Positions 9,264 to 19,138 of a stretch of DNA of 64,000 nucleotides are shown in pieces (position 1 is the stretch's first letter; every line of letters begins with the position of its first letter). The stretch comes from an uncultured Solirubrobacterales bacterium (GTDB taxonomy: Bacteria > Actinomycetota > Thermoleophilia > Solirubrobacterales > JBBDJG01): positions 5,479-69,478 of the forward strand of contig CAVXJX010000015.1 in NCBI GenBank assembly GCA_963762195.1, given 5' to 3'. Both the position numbers and the translations under genes were made by a program. The notes under the pieces were generated by a model. It was not told the DNA's origin. It saw only the letters and a program-made list of their open reading frames with translations, and did not search any database.

Positions 9264-9869
9264 TCAGGCGAGCGTTGCCAGGGCGCGCTCGGCGGCGGCG
9301 GTGGCGGACCCGGCGAGGTCCCGCGCGCGAACACCCGCGCGTCGGTGCTGGTGGTGCCGAGGTTGATCTCGACCAGGGTCGCCGCGGTGCGTGCTGCGCC
9401 CTGGGCCAGCAGTGCTCCGGCGACGGCATCGGCGCGCATCGCCTGCTCGCCGCGTTCCGCGACGACGGCGGCCAGCAAGGCGACGTCGACCGCGGCCTGG
9501 GCGATCTCCAGCGGGATCTGGGCCGCATGCTCGAGCAGGATCCCGAGGCCGACCTCTCCAGGCGTGTGCGCCTCGGGCTCGCCCCGGGCGACTCGTCGCG
9601 CGGGTCGCAGCCGGGCGATCGCGCGTCGCGTACGCGTCCACGTTTCGCTGGGCCAGCGGCGCGACGCGCTCGCGCAGGGTGTTGGCCTGTGCCGCGGCGC
9701 CCCTGGCCTCTCCCCACTCCCCGCGCGAGGCGCCGGCCACCATCGCGACCAGGCCCGCCGCCATGGAGAGCGAGACCGCGGCGCAGTAGCCGGCGCCCGG
9801 CATCGGCTCCGGCGTCGCGACCTCGGCCAGGAAGTCCCGCAGCGGCAGGTCGAGGAAGTCGCGGCTCAA
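9264..9869 (-). CDS. Cyclodeaminase/cyclohydrolase (FTCD C-terminal) family protein; compensating frameshifts
   Basis: FLAEVATPEPMPGAG..AA...AAGLVAMVA, then IPLEIA...RADA.AGALLA......LVEINL (frame of ORF 9212..9478); TTG start overlaps the upstream TGA. Confidence 0.75.
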   Translation of the reverse strand: MSRDFLDLPLRDFLAEVATPEPMPGAGYCAAVSLSMAAGLVAMVAGASRGEWGEARGAAAQANTLRERVAPLAQRNVDAYATRDRPAATRATSRPGRARGAHAWRGRPRDPARACGPDPAGDRPGRGRRRLAGRRRRGTRRAGDARRCRRRSTAGPGRSTHRGDPGRDQPRHHQHRRAGVRARDLAGSATAAAERALATLA

Positions 9870-12800
9870 GCCGGGATCTCCCCGCGGCGCGCCGTGATCG
9901 CGGCCGCCTCGTAGCCCTTCACCTCGGCGATGCGCAGCGCCTCCTCCGTGCTCGCGAGCGCGTCGCGCTGGCGGCCGGCAGACATGCATCACGTCGGCGT
10001 GGGCCAGCAGCGCGTCGACCTGCAGGCAGAGCCAGTCCATCGGGCGCACGACGCGCAGCGCGCGGTCGGCCGTCTCCTCCGCGAGCCGCGTCCAGCCCTC
10101 GGCGGCGAGCAGCTTCGCCCGCACGGCCAGGCGCGGAGCGTTGACGCTCGCGTCGTCGCTGGCCCACTCCTCCTTGAGCGCCTTCAGCGTCGAGTCGGCC
10201 TCCTCGAGGCGGCCCTGCGCGTACAGGGCCTCGGCGAGCGGCACCGCGGTCTCGCCGAGCGAGCTCTGCAGGCCCATCTGCGTGAGCACGTCCCAGCTCT
10301 CGCGCAGCGCGCGCTCGGCCGCCACGGCGTCACCCGCCGCCAGCTCCATGCGCCCGCGGCTGCGCTTGGACCACTGCGACATGTAGAGCAGGCCCATGTC
10401 CTCGCTGATCGCCGTCGACTCCGATCAGCGCCGCGCGCGCCTCGTCGAAGCTGCCGCGCCGCCCGAGCGCGACGCCGAGCACGTGGAGCATGTCGGCCTC
10501 CATCGCACGCATGCTGCGCTCGCGGGCGGCGGCGAGGTGCTCCTGCGCGAACGCCACCGCGCGCTCGAGGTGCGCGGGACCGTCGAGCAGGCACATCCCC
10601 ATGGCGAACGAGATCGCGTTCCAGTGGCGGGGAAAGGTGTCGGGATCGGCGTGGCGCAGCGCCTGCTCCAGCGCCTGCTGGCCATCGCTCGCACGCCCCT
10701 CGTACATGCGCGACTCGCCGAGCAGTCGCCACGCGTCGGCGAGGCCACGCTCCTCGTCGGTGTGCTCGAGCAGCCGGATCGCGCGCTCGGTCTCCTCGAC
10801 CAGCTGGGTCGCGGGGATGTCGGGATGTGCGACGAACCACACGTGCGCGCGTCCGAGGCGCGCAAGGCCCTCGATGCGCCGCTCGCCGGCAGACAGCGCC
10901 CGTTCCAGCGCCTCCTCGTAGATCTCTCCCGCCTTGGTGTGGTTCGCGGTGCCCTCCAGCGACTCGCCGATCGCCGGCAGCAGCTCGAGCCTGCCGCGCG
11001 CGGTCACCGGCAGCAGCGCTCCGGCGCGCTCCAGCAGCCCGACCGCCGCGGTGTCCTCGCGCGCGCGTGCCGCGCGCCGTCCCGCGGAGGCGAGGCGTGC
11101 GGCCGCGCGCTGTCCCAGCGCGAACGAGCGCTCGTCGACGAGGCCGAGGTCGGCGCGGTAGCGGTGGGCGCGCTCGAGGTGATGGCCGAGGATCGCCTCG
11201 ATCTCGATCATGCGCTCGGCATGGCGTTGCTCGAGCCAGTCCGCGAGCAGCTCGTGCAGCTCGGCGCGGTCCTCCTTGTTGATCGACTCGTAGGCCGCGT
11301 CACGCACGAGGATGTGGCTGAAGGCGTAGCCCGTCTCGCCCTCGAGGGTCGATTGCTCCGGCGCGACGAGCTGCTTGCGCGTGAGCGTGTCGAGCACGCT
11401 GGTGTGTCTCCCGCGCCGGCGATCGCCGCGACCGCCTCGGCCCAGAACTCGCGGCCGATCACCGAAGCGGCGCCGATGGCGCGCCGCTCGGCGACGGTGA
11501 GGCGGTCGAGGCGCGCGGCGAGCAGCGCATGGATCGTCGGCGGGACGCTGACGTCGGCGGAGTCGCCGGTCTCGCGCAGGAACGCGATCATCTGCTGAAG
11601 GAAGAGCGGGTTGCCCTCGGCGCGGGTCGTCAGCTGCTCGCGCACCTCCTCGGAGGCCGCACCCGCAGGCAGCAGCTGGCGGATCAGCGCGCGGGTGTCC
11701 TTCGGACAGCGGGCCCGAGCTCGAGCATCGAGGAGTCGTGGGTCTCGCGCGCCCACTACGGTCGTTGCTCGATCAGCTCCTGGCGCGCGAGGCAGACCAG
11801 CATCAGCGGGGCACCGGTCGTGTGCTCGAGCAGATGCTCGATCAGGTCGAGGAGCGCCGGCTCGGCCCAGTGCAGGTCCTCGAGCACGAGCACGACCGGT
11901 TGCTCACGCGCCAGCGCCGCGAACAGGTCGCGCACCGCGCCGGTCAGGTCCTCGCGGGCCGCGGTCGGCTCCTCCAGGCCGGCGGCCTGCAGGACGCGGT
12001 CGGCGAGCACGTCGGCGCGCGGGTCGTCGGCGAGGACGCTCTCGAGTGCGGCGAGCGGATCCGTCTCGCCGGCCAGCTGGCGCACGATCTCGGCCAGGGC
12101 CCAGAACGCGATCCCCTCTCCGTAGGGCAGGCATCTTCCGACGAGCACGGTGGCACGCTCGGCGAGGGTGTCGCCGACCTCGCGTGCGAGCCGCGTCTTC
12201 CCGATGCCGGCCGGGCCCATCAGGACGACGCGCTGGGGGCTGCGCTCGTAGGCCACGCGCTCGAAGGTCTCACGGAGCTGGCGCAGCTCTGGCTCGCGGC
12301 CGAGCAGTGGGCCCAGGTTCGCCGTCTGCTGCGCCGCGTGCGGACAGCCGCCAGGCCTTGAGCGGCTCCGACTTGCCGCGCACCGAGAGCGGCTCGACCT
12401 CCTCGGCCTCGACGGCGTCGCCGACAAGCCGCCGCGTCGCTTCGCCGATCAGGGTCTCTCCCGCGGCGGCGCCCTGCTGCAGGCGCGCCGCGATGTTGAC
12501 GGGGTCGCCCGTGACGAGCGCCTGGCCCGCGGACGCGTCGCCGGCCACGACCTCGCCGCTGTTGACGCCCGTGCGGATCGCGATCTGAACACCCCAGCGG
12601 CGCTGGAGCTCGCGGTTCAGCCGGGCCAGCTCCTCCTGCAGCTCGAGCGCCGCCCGCACGGCCCGGCTCGCGTGATCCTCGAGCGCCGTCGGAACTCCGA
12701 AGACCGCCATCACGGCATCCCCGATGAACTTCTCGACCGTGCCTCCGTGACGCTCGACGACCGCCGAGGCCGACTCGAAGTACCGCAGCATCACGCGCCT

Positions 12801-12977
12801 GACGGCCTCGGGCTCGATGCGTTCGCCCAGCGCAGTCGAGTCGGCGACGTCCGTGAACAGGATCGTCACCGGCTTGCGCTCGTCAGACCTCGACACCCCT
12901 CCGAGGCGCGCTCCGCATGCCATGCAGAAAGCCGCATCGGGTGGGTGCGGCTTACCGCATCTCCCGCAGCCTCCCAC
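9866..12977 (-). CDS. Class III adenylate/guanylate cyclase - AAA/STAND ATPase - TPR protein with N-terminal double zinc ribbon; several frameshifts
   Basis: CxxC...FCxxCG; TILFTDVADST, EKFIGDAVMAVFG, RTGVNSGEV, GDPVNIAARL; Walker A GPAGIGKT, Walker B VLEDLHWA, EGNPLF, FSHILVRDAAY; TPR-like helices. Confidence 0.88.
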
Positions 12978-13057
12978 GGAGCCAGTCTATGGGAGCGAAT
13001 CCGTCTACGCAGGTACTTTGCGTCGCCCGCAGGACCCTGTTCAGCCCAGCTGGGCCG

Positions 13058-13318
13058 CTAGGAGGCGGCGAGCCGCTCGCGTAGCTCGGGCAGCAGGCTC
13101 GGGTCCACGTTGTACCCGGCCTGCTCCAGCGCCACCTCGAGGTTGGCGATCGCGGCGGCCCGGAAGTCCGCATCTTCCTGTGCCCGCTGGGCGATCTGGT
13201 CGATCTCCAGCCGGGCCTGCGGCATTTCCTGGGCTGCTTTGACCCATCCTTCGGGGGCGGGCGGCAGCATTCTCAGCAGCGAAGCCAAGCGTTCCTCGTC
13301 GTATCTCTCAGTGGTCAT
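13058..13318 (-). CDS. Small soluble protein (86 aa) directly downstream of ECF sigma; possible anti-sigma or partner
   Basis: GAGGT RBS; MTTERYDEERLASLLRMLPPAPEGWVKAAQEMP; start 1 nt after the sigma stop. Confidence 0.7.
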   Translation of the reverse strand: MTTERYDEERLASLLRMLPPAPEGWVKAAQEMPQARLEIDQIAQRAQEDADFRAAAIANLEVALEQAGYNVDPSLLPELRERLAAS

Positions 13319-13319
13319 C

Positions 13320-13889
13320 TCAATTACCTCGACCATCAGACGGCTCGAACCGGGGTTTTCTTCCCTCGAGTTCCGATCGCATTTTTCGCAGGCAGCGGGA
13401 GATCCGGCTGGCGATCGTACCCGGAGGCAGCTCGAGCGCCTCGCCGATCGCGTGATAGCTCTGGTCGCGGGCGAAGAACCGGTCCAGGATCTCGGCACAG
13501 TGCTCCGGCAGCTGCTTCAGGGCCTCGTGCACCATCAGGGCCTCGTCGATCTGCGCCAGCTCGTCGTTGGGGTCCTCGATCTCGAGATCGTGCTCCGCGG
13601 GGAGCTCCCGGGAGGAGGAACGCAGCTTGTCCACGCACAGCCGCCGCGTCAGGGTCCCGATCCAGGGCCGCACCGCGGTGTCGTCGCGCAGCTCGTCGAG
13701 GTGCTGCCAGGTCCGCGTGAAGACGTCCTGGAAGACGTCTTCGGCGTCGTCGTTCTGCAGGCGGTAGACCCGCGAGGCGATCGCATAGACGTAGCGCGAG
13801 AAGCGGTTGACCAGTTCGTCCCACGCCTGCTGGTCGCCCTTTCTACAGCGGGCGACAAGATCGGCGTCGGCGACCGTCGCAAGTGACAT
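13320..13889 (-). CDS. ECF (group 4) sigma-70 factor
   Basis: DADLVARC..GDQQAWDELV, DAEDVFQDVF, region 4 SY..IGEALELPPGTIASRISRCL. Confidence 0.92.
   Translation of the reverse strand: MSLATVADADLVARCRKGDQQAWDELVNRFSRYVYAIASRVYRLQNDDAEDVFQDVFTRTWQHLDELRDDTAVRPWIGTLTRRLCVDKLRSSSRELPAEHDLEIEDPNDELAQIDEALMVHEALKQLPEHCAEILDRFFARDQSYHAIGEALELPPGTIASRISRCLRKMRSELEGRKPRFEPSDGRGN
13330..13368 (-). promoter_or_regulatory. ECF sigma-type promoter, copy 3 (inside the 3' end of the sigma gene)
   Basis: GAGGGAAGAAAACC...; GGAAGA (13364-13359) - 16 nt - CGTCT (13342-13338), then GATGGTCG. Confidence 0.65.
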
Positions 13890-13973
13890 TACCCAGCTAT
13901 GAAACCACGTTCGACACTGTGTCGGCAAGCGCGGGGCCCGAATTGGCGCGCGGCATTTCCCTGCAAATGGTGC

Positions 13974-15410
13974 TTACGGGACGAAAATGCCCTGCCGCAG
14001 GAACACCTGGTTGGGCTGCGTCGCGGTGTCACCGTCGGGACCGCCGTCGATCACCTGCACCTGGGACAGCTCCACGACCGAGCGCCGGCCTTCGACGATC
14101 GGGCCGGGAATCAGTGTGTCGAGGGTGGTCGTAAGGGAGCACGTCGAGCCGACGTTGGTGGCGACCGTGGGGGTGCACTGGGTAGTGAACAGCAACTGAA
14201 CTTCCGTCGACGTCATCGGCACGCCCGCGTAGCGATCGGTGATGCGCGCACTGGCCTGCGCAGCGACCTCACCCGCGTAGTCGGCGAGCGTTCCCTGTTC
14301 GCTCACGTCGCTGATCTCCATCCGTAGCGCAATATCGGCTTCGTCCTCCGGCGTGGTCGGGTTGCCGGTCACGGTCCGGTAACTCACGAAGCTGTTCGCC
14401 GAGGTACCGACGGTCAGATGACCGGACTCCTGCGCAGGCGGGTTGCACGATCCGACCGCAAGCGGTGGCCCGTGTTGGCGGTTGGGCACGGTGCACTGGC
14501 GATAGCCCGGCACGAGCGAGACGCGCATGGGGGATGCCCCCTTCGGACGAATGTGGCCCGGGTAGGGAACGGGCTGCCAGCTCGGCTGCGACTCGAAGTC
14601 TGAACCGCTGGTGAGGCGCGTCGGGCTCGTGCCGTCTGCGTTCATCGTGTAGACCTTGCTGTTCGACTGGAACGCGATCTTCGTGCCGTCCGGCGACCAG
14701 ACGGGTTGAACGTCCCTGGCTGCGCCGTTTGTGAGGCGCAATGGTGGGGAGCCGGACCCCGCGTACACGTAGATCTCCAGGTTTTGGTTATCCCCTGGGG
14801 CATAAGACGAGTACACGATCTTGCTGCCGTCCGGTGAGTAGTCGGGGTCGATTCCGTAGGGGAAGACGATGACGCGCTCGTCGGTGCCGTCGGGCTGCAC
14901 GGTGCGGAGCTGTCCTTCGCCACCGTTCGCGTTTGTCGCGTTGAACGCGATCAGGGATCCATCGGGCCGCCACGACGCGCCTGACCCGAACGCAATGCGC
15001 TGGCGCGCGGACCCATCTGCCGATGCGGTGTAAAGCTCGATGAAGAGTGGGTCCATCCCGTTGCCAGTGACCGAGGTCGCGGCGATCTGTGACCCGTTCG
15101 GTGACCAGGCGGGCGATCCCCACGTCTGGCCTCCGCCCGCGTCCTGCCATGCACCGTCCAACACTACGGTCTCACTGCTGCCGTCTGCCGGCATCCGCCT
15201 GACGTCATCCTCGTGGGAGAAGAGCAGGTCACGGCCGTTGGGCGACCACGCGGGCGTGTGTCCCGACCGCACCGTCGACTGTCCTGTGCCGTCGGGGTTG
15301 ATCGTCTTGATCACCGGCGGGAACGTCGTGCTGACGGTGAACGCGATCTTCCCGTTCTGGCCAGGGAAGGCGGCGTGCGCCGGAGGCGCCCACGCCCCGA
15401 GGGCTAACAA
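13974..15410 (-). CDS. Secreted TolB-like PD40 beta-propeller protein with Cys-containing C-terminal domain
   Basis: Signal peptide AHA-AFPG.NGKIAF; repeated WSPDG.KI; C-terminus FLRQGIFVP; true start probably slightly upstream. Confidence 0.8.
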   Translation of the reverse strand: MLALGAWAPPAHAAFPGQNGKIAFTVSTTFPPVIKTINPDGTGQSTVRSGHTPAWSPNGRDLLFSHEDDVRRMPADGSSETVVLDGAWQDAGGGQTWGSPAWSPNGSQIAATSVTGNGMDPLFIELYTASADGSARQRIAFGSGASWRPDGSLIAFNATNANGGEGQLRTVQPDGTDERVIVFPYGIDPDYSPDGSKIVYSSYAPGDNQNLEIYVYAGSGSPPLRLTNGAARDVQPVWSPDGTKIAFQSNSKVYTMNADGTSPTRLTSGSDFESQPSWQPVPYPGHIRPKGASPMRVSLVPGYRQCTVPNRQHGPPLAVGSCNPPAQESGHLTVGTSANSFVSYRTVTGNPTTPEDEADIALRMEISDVSEQGTLADYAGEVAAQASARITDRYAGVPMTSTEVQLLFTTQCTPTVATNVGSTCSLTTTLDTLIPGPIVEGRRSVVELSQVQVIDGGPDGDTATQPNQVFLRQGIFVP

Positions 15411-15515
15411 CGCCCCGGCGATCAGCGTCCGGATGACTCGACCTCGAACGACTCCCCCTCGGAGGCGACGACAGAGGACGAAGATTAGTTCATGTTTGAC
15501 TGGCGACCAAACGGC

Positions 15516-17492
15516 CTACTCCTCGTCGCCGCGCGCCGCCACCTTCTCCTTCAACGTGTCCATCACCGTCGGGTCGCGCAGGGTCGTGACGTCGCCCATC
15601 TCCTGGCCCGAGGCGATGTCCTTCAGCAACCGGCGCATGATCTTGCCGGAGCGCGTCTTCGGCAGGTCGTCGGCCCAGATGAACCGCTTGGGGCGTGCGA
15701 GCTTGCCGATCTTGACGCTCACGTGCTCGCGCAGCTCGACGTCGAAGCCGTCGGGCGGGTCGCCGCCGCCCTCCATCGTCACGAACGCGACGATCGCCTG
15801 GCCGGTCGTCTCGTCGGGCTCCGGCACGACCGCCGCCTCGGCCACGTTCGGGTGCGAGACGCACGCCGACTCGACCTCCATCGTCGACAGGCGGTGGCCC
15901 GACACGTTGATCACGTCGTCGGTGCGGCCCACGACCCAGAAGTAGCCGTCGGCGTCGCGCCGCGCGGCGTCGCCGACCACGTACACGTCCGGCCCGTAGC
16001 GCGACCAGTACGTGTCGACGTAGCGCTCGGGCTCCTTGTAGAGAGTGCGGAACATGCCCGGCCACGGTCGCGTGAGGACGAGGATCCCTCCGCCGACGTC
16101 GACCTCCTTGCCCTTGGTGTCGTAGATCGCGGCGCGGATGCCGGGGAACGGCGTCGTCGCCGATCCCGGCTTCAGCCGCGTCAGCGCCGGCAGCGGCGTG
16201 ATCATGATGTGGCCGGTCTCGGTCTGCCACCACGTGTCGACGATCGGGCAGCGCCCGCCGCCGATCACCTCGTGGTACCAGAGCCACGCGCGCGGGTTGA
16301 TCGGCTCGCCGACGCTGCCGAGCAGCCGTAGCGACGAGAGGTCGTGCTTGTCGGGGTACTCGCGTCCCCACTTGATGCACGCGCGGACCGCGGTCGGCGC
16401 CGTGTAGAAGATCGTGCACTTGTAGCGCTCGGCGATGGCCCACCAGCGGTCCTTGTCGGGATAGTCGGGCGCGCCCTCGTAGAGGATCGACGTGCAACCG
16501 TTCGCGAGCGGTCCGTAGACGATGTAGCTGTGGCCGGTGACCCAGCCGATGTCGGCCGAGCACCAGTACACGTCCTTGTCGGGCTTGATGTCGAACACCA
16601 GGTTGTGCGTGGCCATCACGCCGGTGAGGAAGCCGCCGCTCGTGTGCACGATGCCCTTCGGCTTCGCCGTGGTTCCCGACGTGTAGAGCAGGAACAGCAT
16701 CTGCTCGGCGTCGAACGGCTCGGCCGGGCAGTCGGGTGAGGCTTCCTCGACGGCTTCGTGCCACCACACGTCGCGGCCCTCGGTCCAGGGCACGTCGCCG
16801 CCGGTGCGGCGCACGACCACCACATGCTCGATCGAGGGGCACTGGTCGAGCAACGGGTCGACGGCCTCCTTCATCGGGTTCGGCTTGCCGCTGCGCAGCG
16901 AGAAGTCGGCGGTGATCAGCACCTTCGCCTCGCAGTCGACGATCCGGTCCTTGACCGCCTCGGGGGAGAAGCCGCCGAAAACGACGGAGTGGGGAGCACC
17001 GATGCGCGCGCAGGCGAGCATCGCGGCGGGCGCCTCGGGGATCATCGGCATGTAGATCGCGACGCGGTCGTCGCGCTCGACCCCGAGGCCCTTGAGCACG
17101 TTCGCGAACCGCTTCGTCGTGTCGAGCAGCTCGGCGTAGGTGATGTCGCGGCGTTCCTCGTCCTCGCCCTCCCAGTGGAAGGCGACCCGCTCGCCGTTGC
17201 CGGCGTCGACGTGGCGGTCGAGGCAGTTGTGCGAGACGTTCAGCTTGCCGTCCACGAACCACTTGGCCCAGGGCGGGTTCCAGTCGAGCACCTTGGTCCA
17301 CGGCTCGGCCCAGTCGAGCTTCTGCGCCCAGCTCTCCCACCAGCCCTCGGGGTCGCGCTCCGCCTCGTCGTAGATCGCGGGATCGGACGCGTTCGCCTGC
17401 GCGGTGAACTCGGGAGGAGGCTCGAAGACGTGCTCGTCCTCGAGCAGGACCTCGAGCTCGCGTTCGCCGTCGGCGCCGTTTCCGTCGGGCAT
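15516..17492 (-). CDS. acs: Acetate--CoA ligase
   Basis: LNVSHNCLDRH, YTSGTTAKPKG, DTWWQTETG, SGHRLST, LPKTRSGKIMRR. Confidence 0.96.
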   Translation of the reverse strand: MPDGNGADGERELEVLLEDEHVFEPPPEFTAQANASDPAIYDEAERDPEGWWESWAQKLDWAEPWTKVLDWNPPWAKWFVDGKLNVSHNCLDRHVDAGNGERVAFHWEGEDEERRDITYAELLDTTKRFANVLKGLGVERDDRVAIYMPMIPEAPAAMLACARIGAPHSVVFGGFSPEAVKDRIVDCEAKVLITADFSLRSGKPNPMKEAVDPLLDQCPSIEHVVVVRRTGGDVPWTEGRDVWWHEAVEEASPDCPAEPFDAEQMLFLLYTSGTTAKPKGIVHTSGGFLTGVMATHNLVFDIKPDKDVYWCSADIGWVTGHSYIVYGPLANGCTSILYEGAPDYPDKDRWWAIAERYKCTIFYTAPTAVRACIKWGREYPDKHDLSSLRLLGSVGEPINPRAWLWYHEVIGGGRCPIVDTWWQTETGHIMITPLPALTRLKPGSATTPFPGIRAAIYDTKGKEVDVGGGILVLTRPWPGMFRTLYKEPERYVDTYWSRYGPDVYVVGDAARRDADGYFWVVGRTDDVINVSGHRLSTMEVESACVSHPNVAEAAVVPEPDETTGQAIVAFVTMEGGGDPPDGFDVELREHVSVKIGKLARPKRFIWADDLPKTRSGKIMRRLLKDIASGQEMGDVTTLRDPTVMDTLKEKVAARGDEE

Positions 17493-17535
17493 GGTTTCTC
17501 CTCTCCGCCGGGGTCGCGGCGAGTGTAGTGAACCC

Positions 17536-19063
17536 CTACGGGAGAAGATTCCCTGCACCGCCAGCCGGAGGCTGCCGAGTTGTCGTCAGCGCCCCGAACA
17601 CCTGGATCTGCCCGAGCTCCCAGACGGAGCGTCGTCCTTCCTGGACCAGGCGGTCGCTCCCGGTGGGGATCAGTGCGTTCGCCGAAGTGGTCGCCGAGCA
17701 CGTCGAGCCGATCGACGGGTCGGCCGTCGCTGTGCACGGCACGGCCATCCGCAGCGTCTGGTCCTCTACGGTCACCCGATCCTGGTTGAACGTGTCGCTG
17801 TAGCGGTCGGTGAGGCGCAGCGGTATCTGCACTTCGAGGGGGCCGGTCCCATCGCTGAGGTCCGATGTATGCCTTACATCGGTGAGGCTTGCCGCAATGC
17901 GAACGTCGGAGTCGTTCTCCCCGCCCGGCACGCCGCGTACGACGTTGAAGAGCACGTGGCCGGTCGCCTTGGGCGACGCGCCCGGAGGCGCCGCGCCGAA
18001 CGTCATGTGAGCGGCGAACGGCGTCTGCGGCGGCGCGCAGGACGGTTGTGCAAGTGGGGCACCGTGCGTGTGGGTCGGTGCCTGGCAGGGCAGGAACGCC
18101 GGGACAGGGGGACGCGCAGGTGTGCCGCGGCCTTGGGCCGCACATGTCCTGGCCACGGCTGCCAGGCGGGATTGGTTTCGTTCACGGTGGGCGTGTTCGT
18201 GAGGTTGATCTGCCCCGTGCCATCCGCGTTCATCATCCATATGTCCCCGGTGCCGAACAGGATCTTGGTTCCGTCAGGAGACCACGCAGGGTCCCTTCCG
18301 CCACGATTCGACACCAATGTCTCTCCCGATCCGTCGGCATTCATCACGTAGATCCCGTCGGCACCTTCCCGATAGCTGTCGAACACGATCTTCGTGCCGT
18401 CCGGCGACCAGTCGGGCGAGCCAAAGCCGTCTTGCGTCGTTTCCGTCAGGCGGGTCCCGCTGCCCGGAAGCGTGGCGTCGAGGCTGCTCACCCACCGCTC
18501 CGTGGCGGTAAAGGTCTCGCGGAACTCGGCTGTAGGCGATGCGGCCGTTCTGCGACCAGCTGCCGGAGAGCCCGTTGACTGGCCATCCGGATGGGGTCGC
18601 CGCCGTCCGCTGCGTCGATGCGCCAGACCTCCGCGTACATCTCCTCGGGGGCGTGACCGAACGTGAACCTGTTGTCGACGATCAGGTGCTGCGCATCGGG
18701 TGACCAGAAAGGCCGATACTGACTGCCCGGGTAGGCGGGATGAATGTCGAGCACATCGACGGCGGAGCCGTTCGCAGCGGCCGTGCACGTGTTGCCGGAG
18801 AAGTTGTCATCGCCGGTGCAGGTGTACGCGATGCGGCGGCCATCGGGCGACCATGCCGAGTACCGGCCGTTTTCGAGCAGCAACGTCCGGTTCGACCCGG
18901 CAGTGTCCATCTCGTAGATGTCGATGCCTTGGGACGTCTGGACGTCGAACGTGATCTTGCCGTTCGTGCCCGGATATGTGGCGCCGGCCGGACCTGCGGT
19001 CATGACCAGGAGCGCGGCGGCCGTCGCGAGAATCCCGATGGTGCTGCGGTGGCGTGCGCTCAT
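17536..19063 (-). CDS. Second secreted TolB-like PD40 protein with the same C-terminal domain; frameshifted
   Basis: Signal peptide, TYPGTNGKITF, WSPDG repeats; C-terminal HGAPL..PSC...GSTCS.TT...EGRRSVWELGQ..QGIF. Confidence 0.75.
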
Positions 19064-19138
19064 CCCCTGCTCCCTCCTGAGCAACGACAAACTAGCACTC
19101 GGAGGCGCGTCTAGGGGACCGCGTATAGGGTCCGCTCG

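Noticed and set aside
9264-10397. TPR-cyclodeaminase fusion ORF
   Set aside because: An indel near 9980 joins them; the corrected cyclase-STAND gene ends at TGA 9866-9868, overlapping the TTG start of the next gene.
8994-13889. A complete canonical biarylitide cluster
   Set aside because: The precursor motif matches, but I found no cytochrome P450 in the window, so the product class cannot be asserted.
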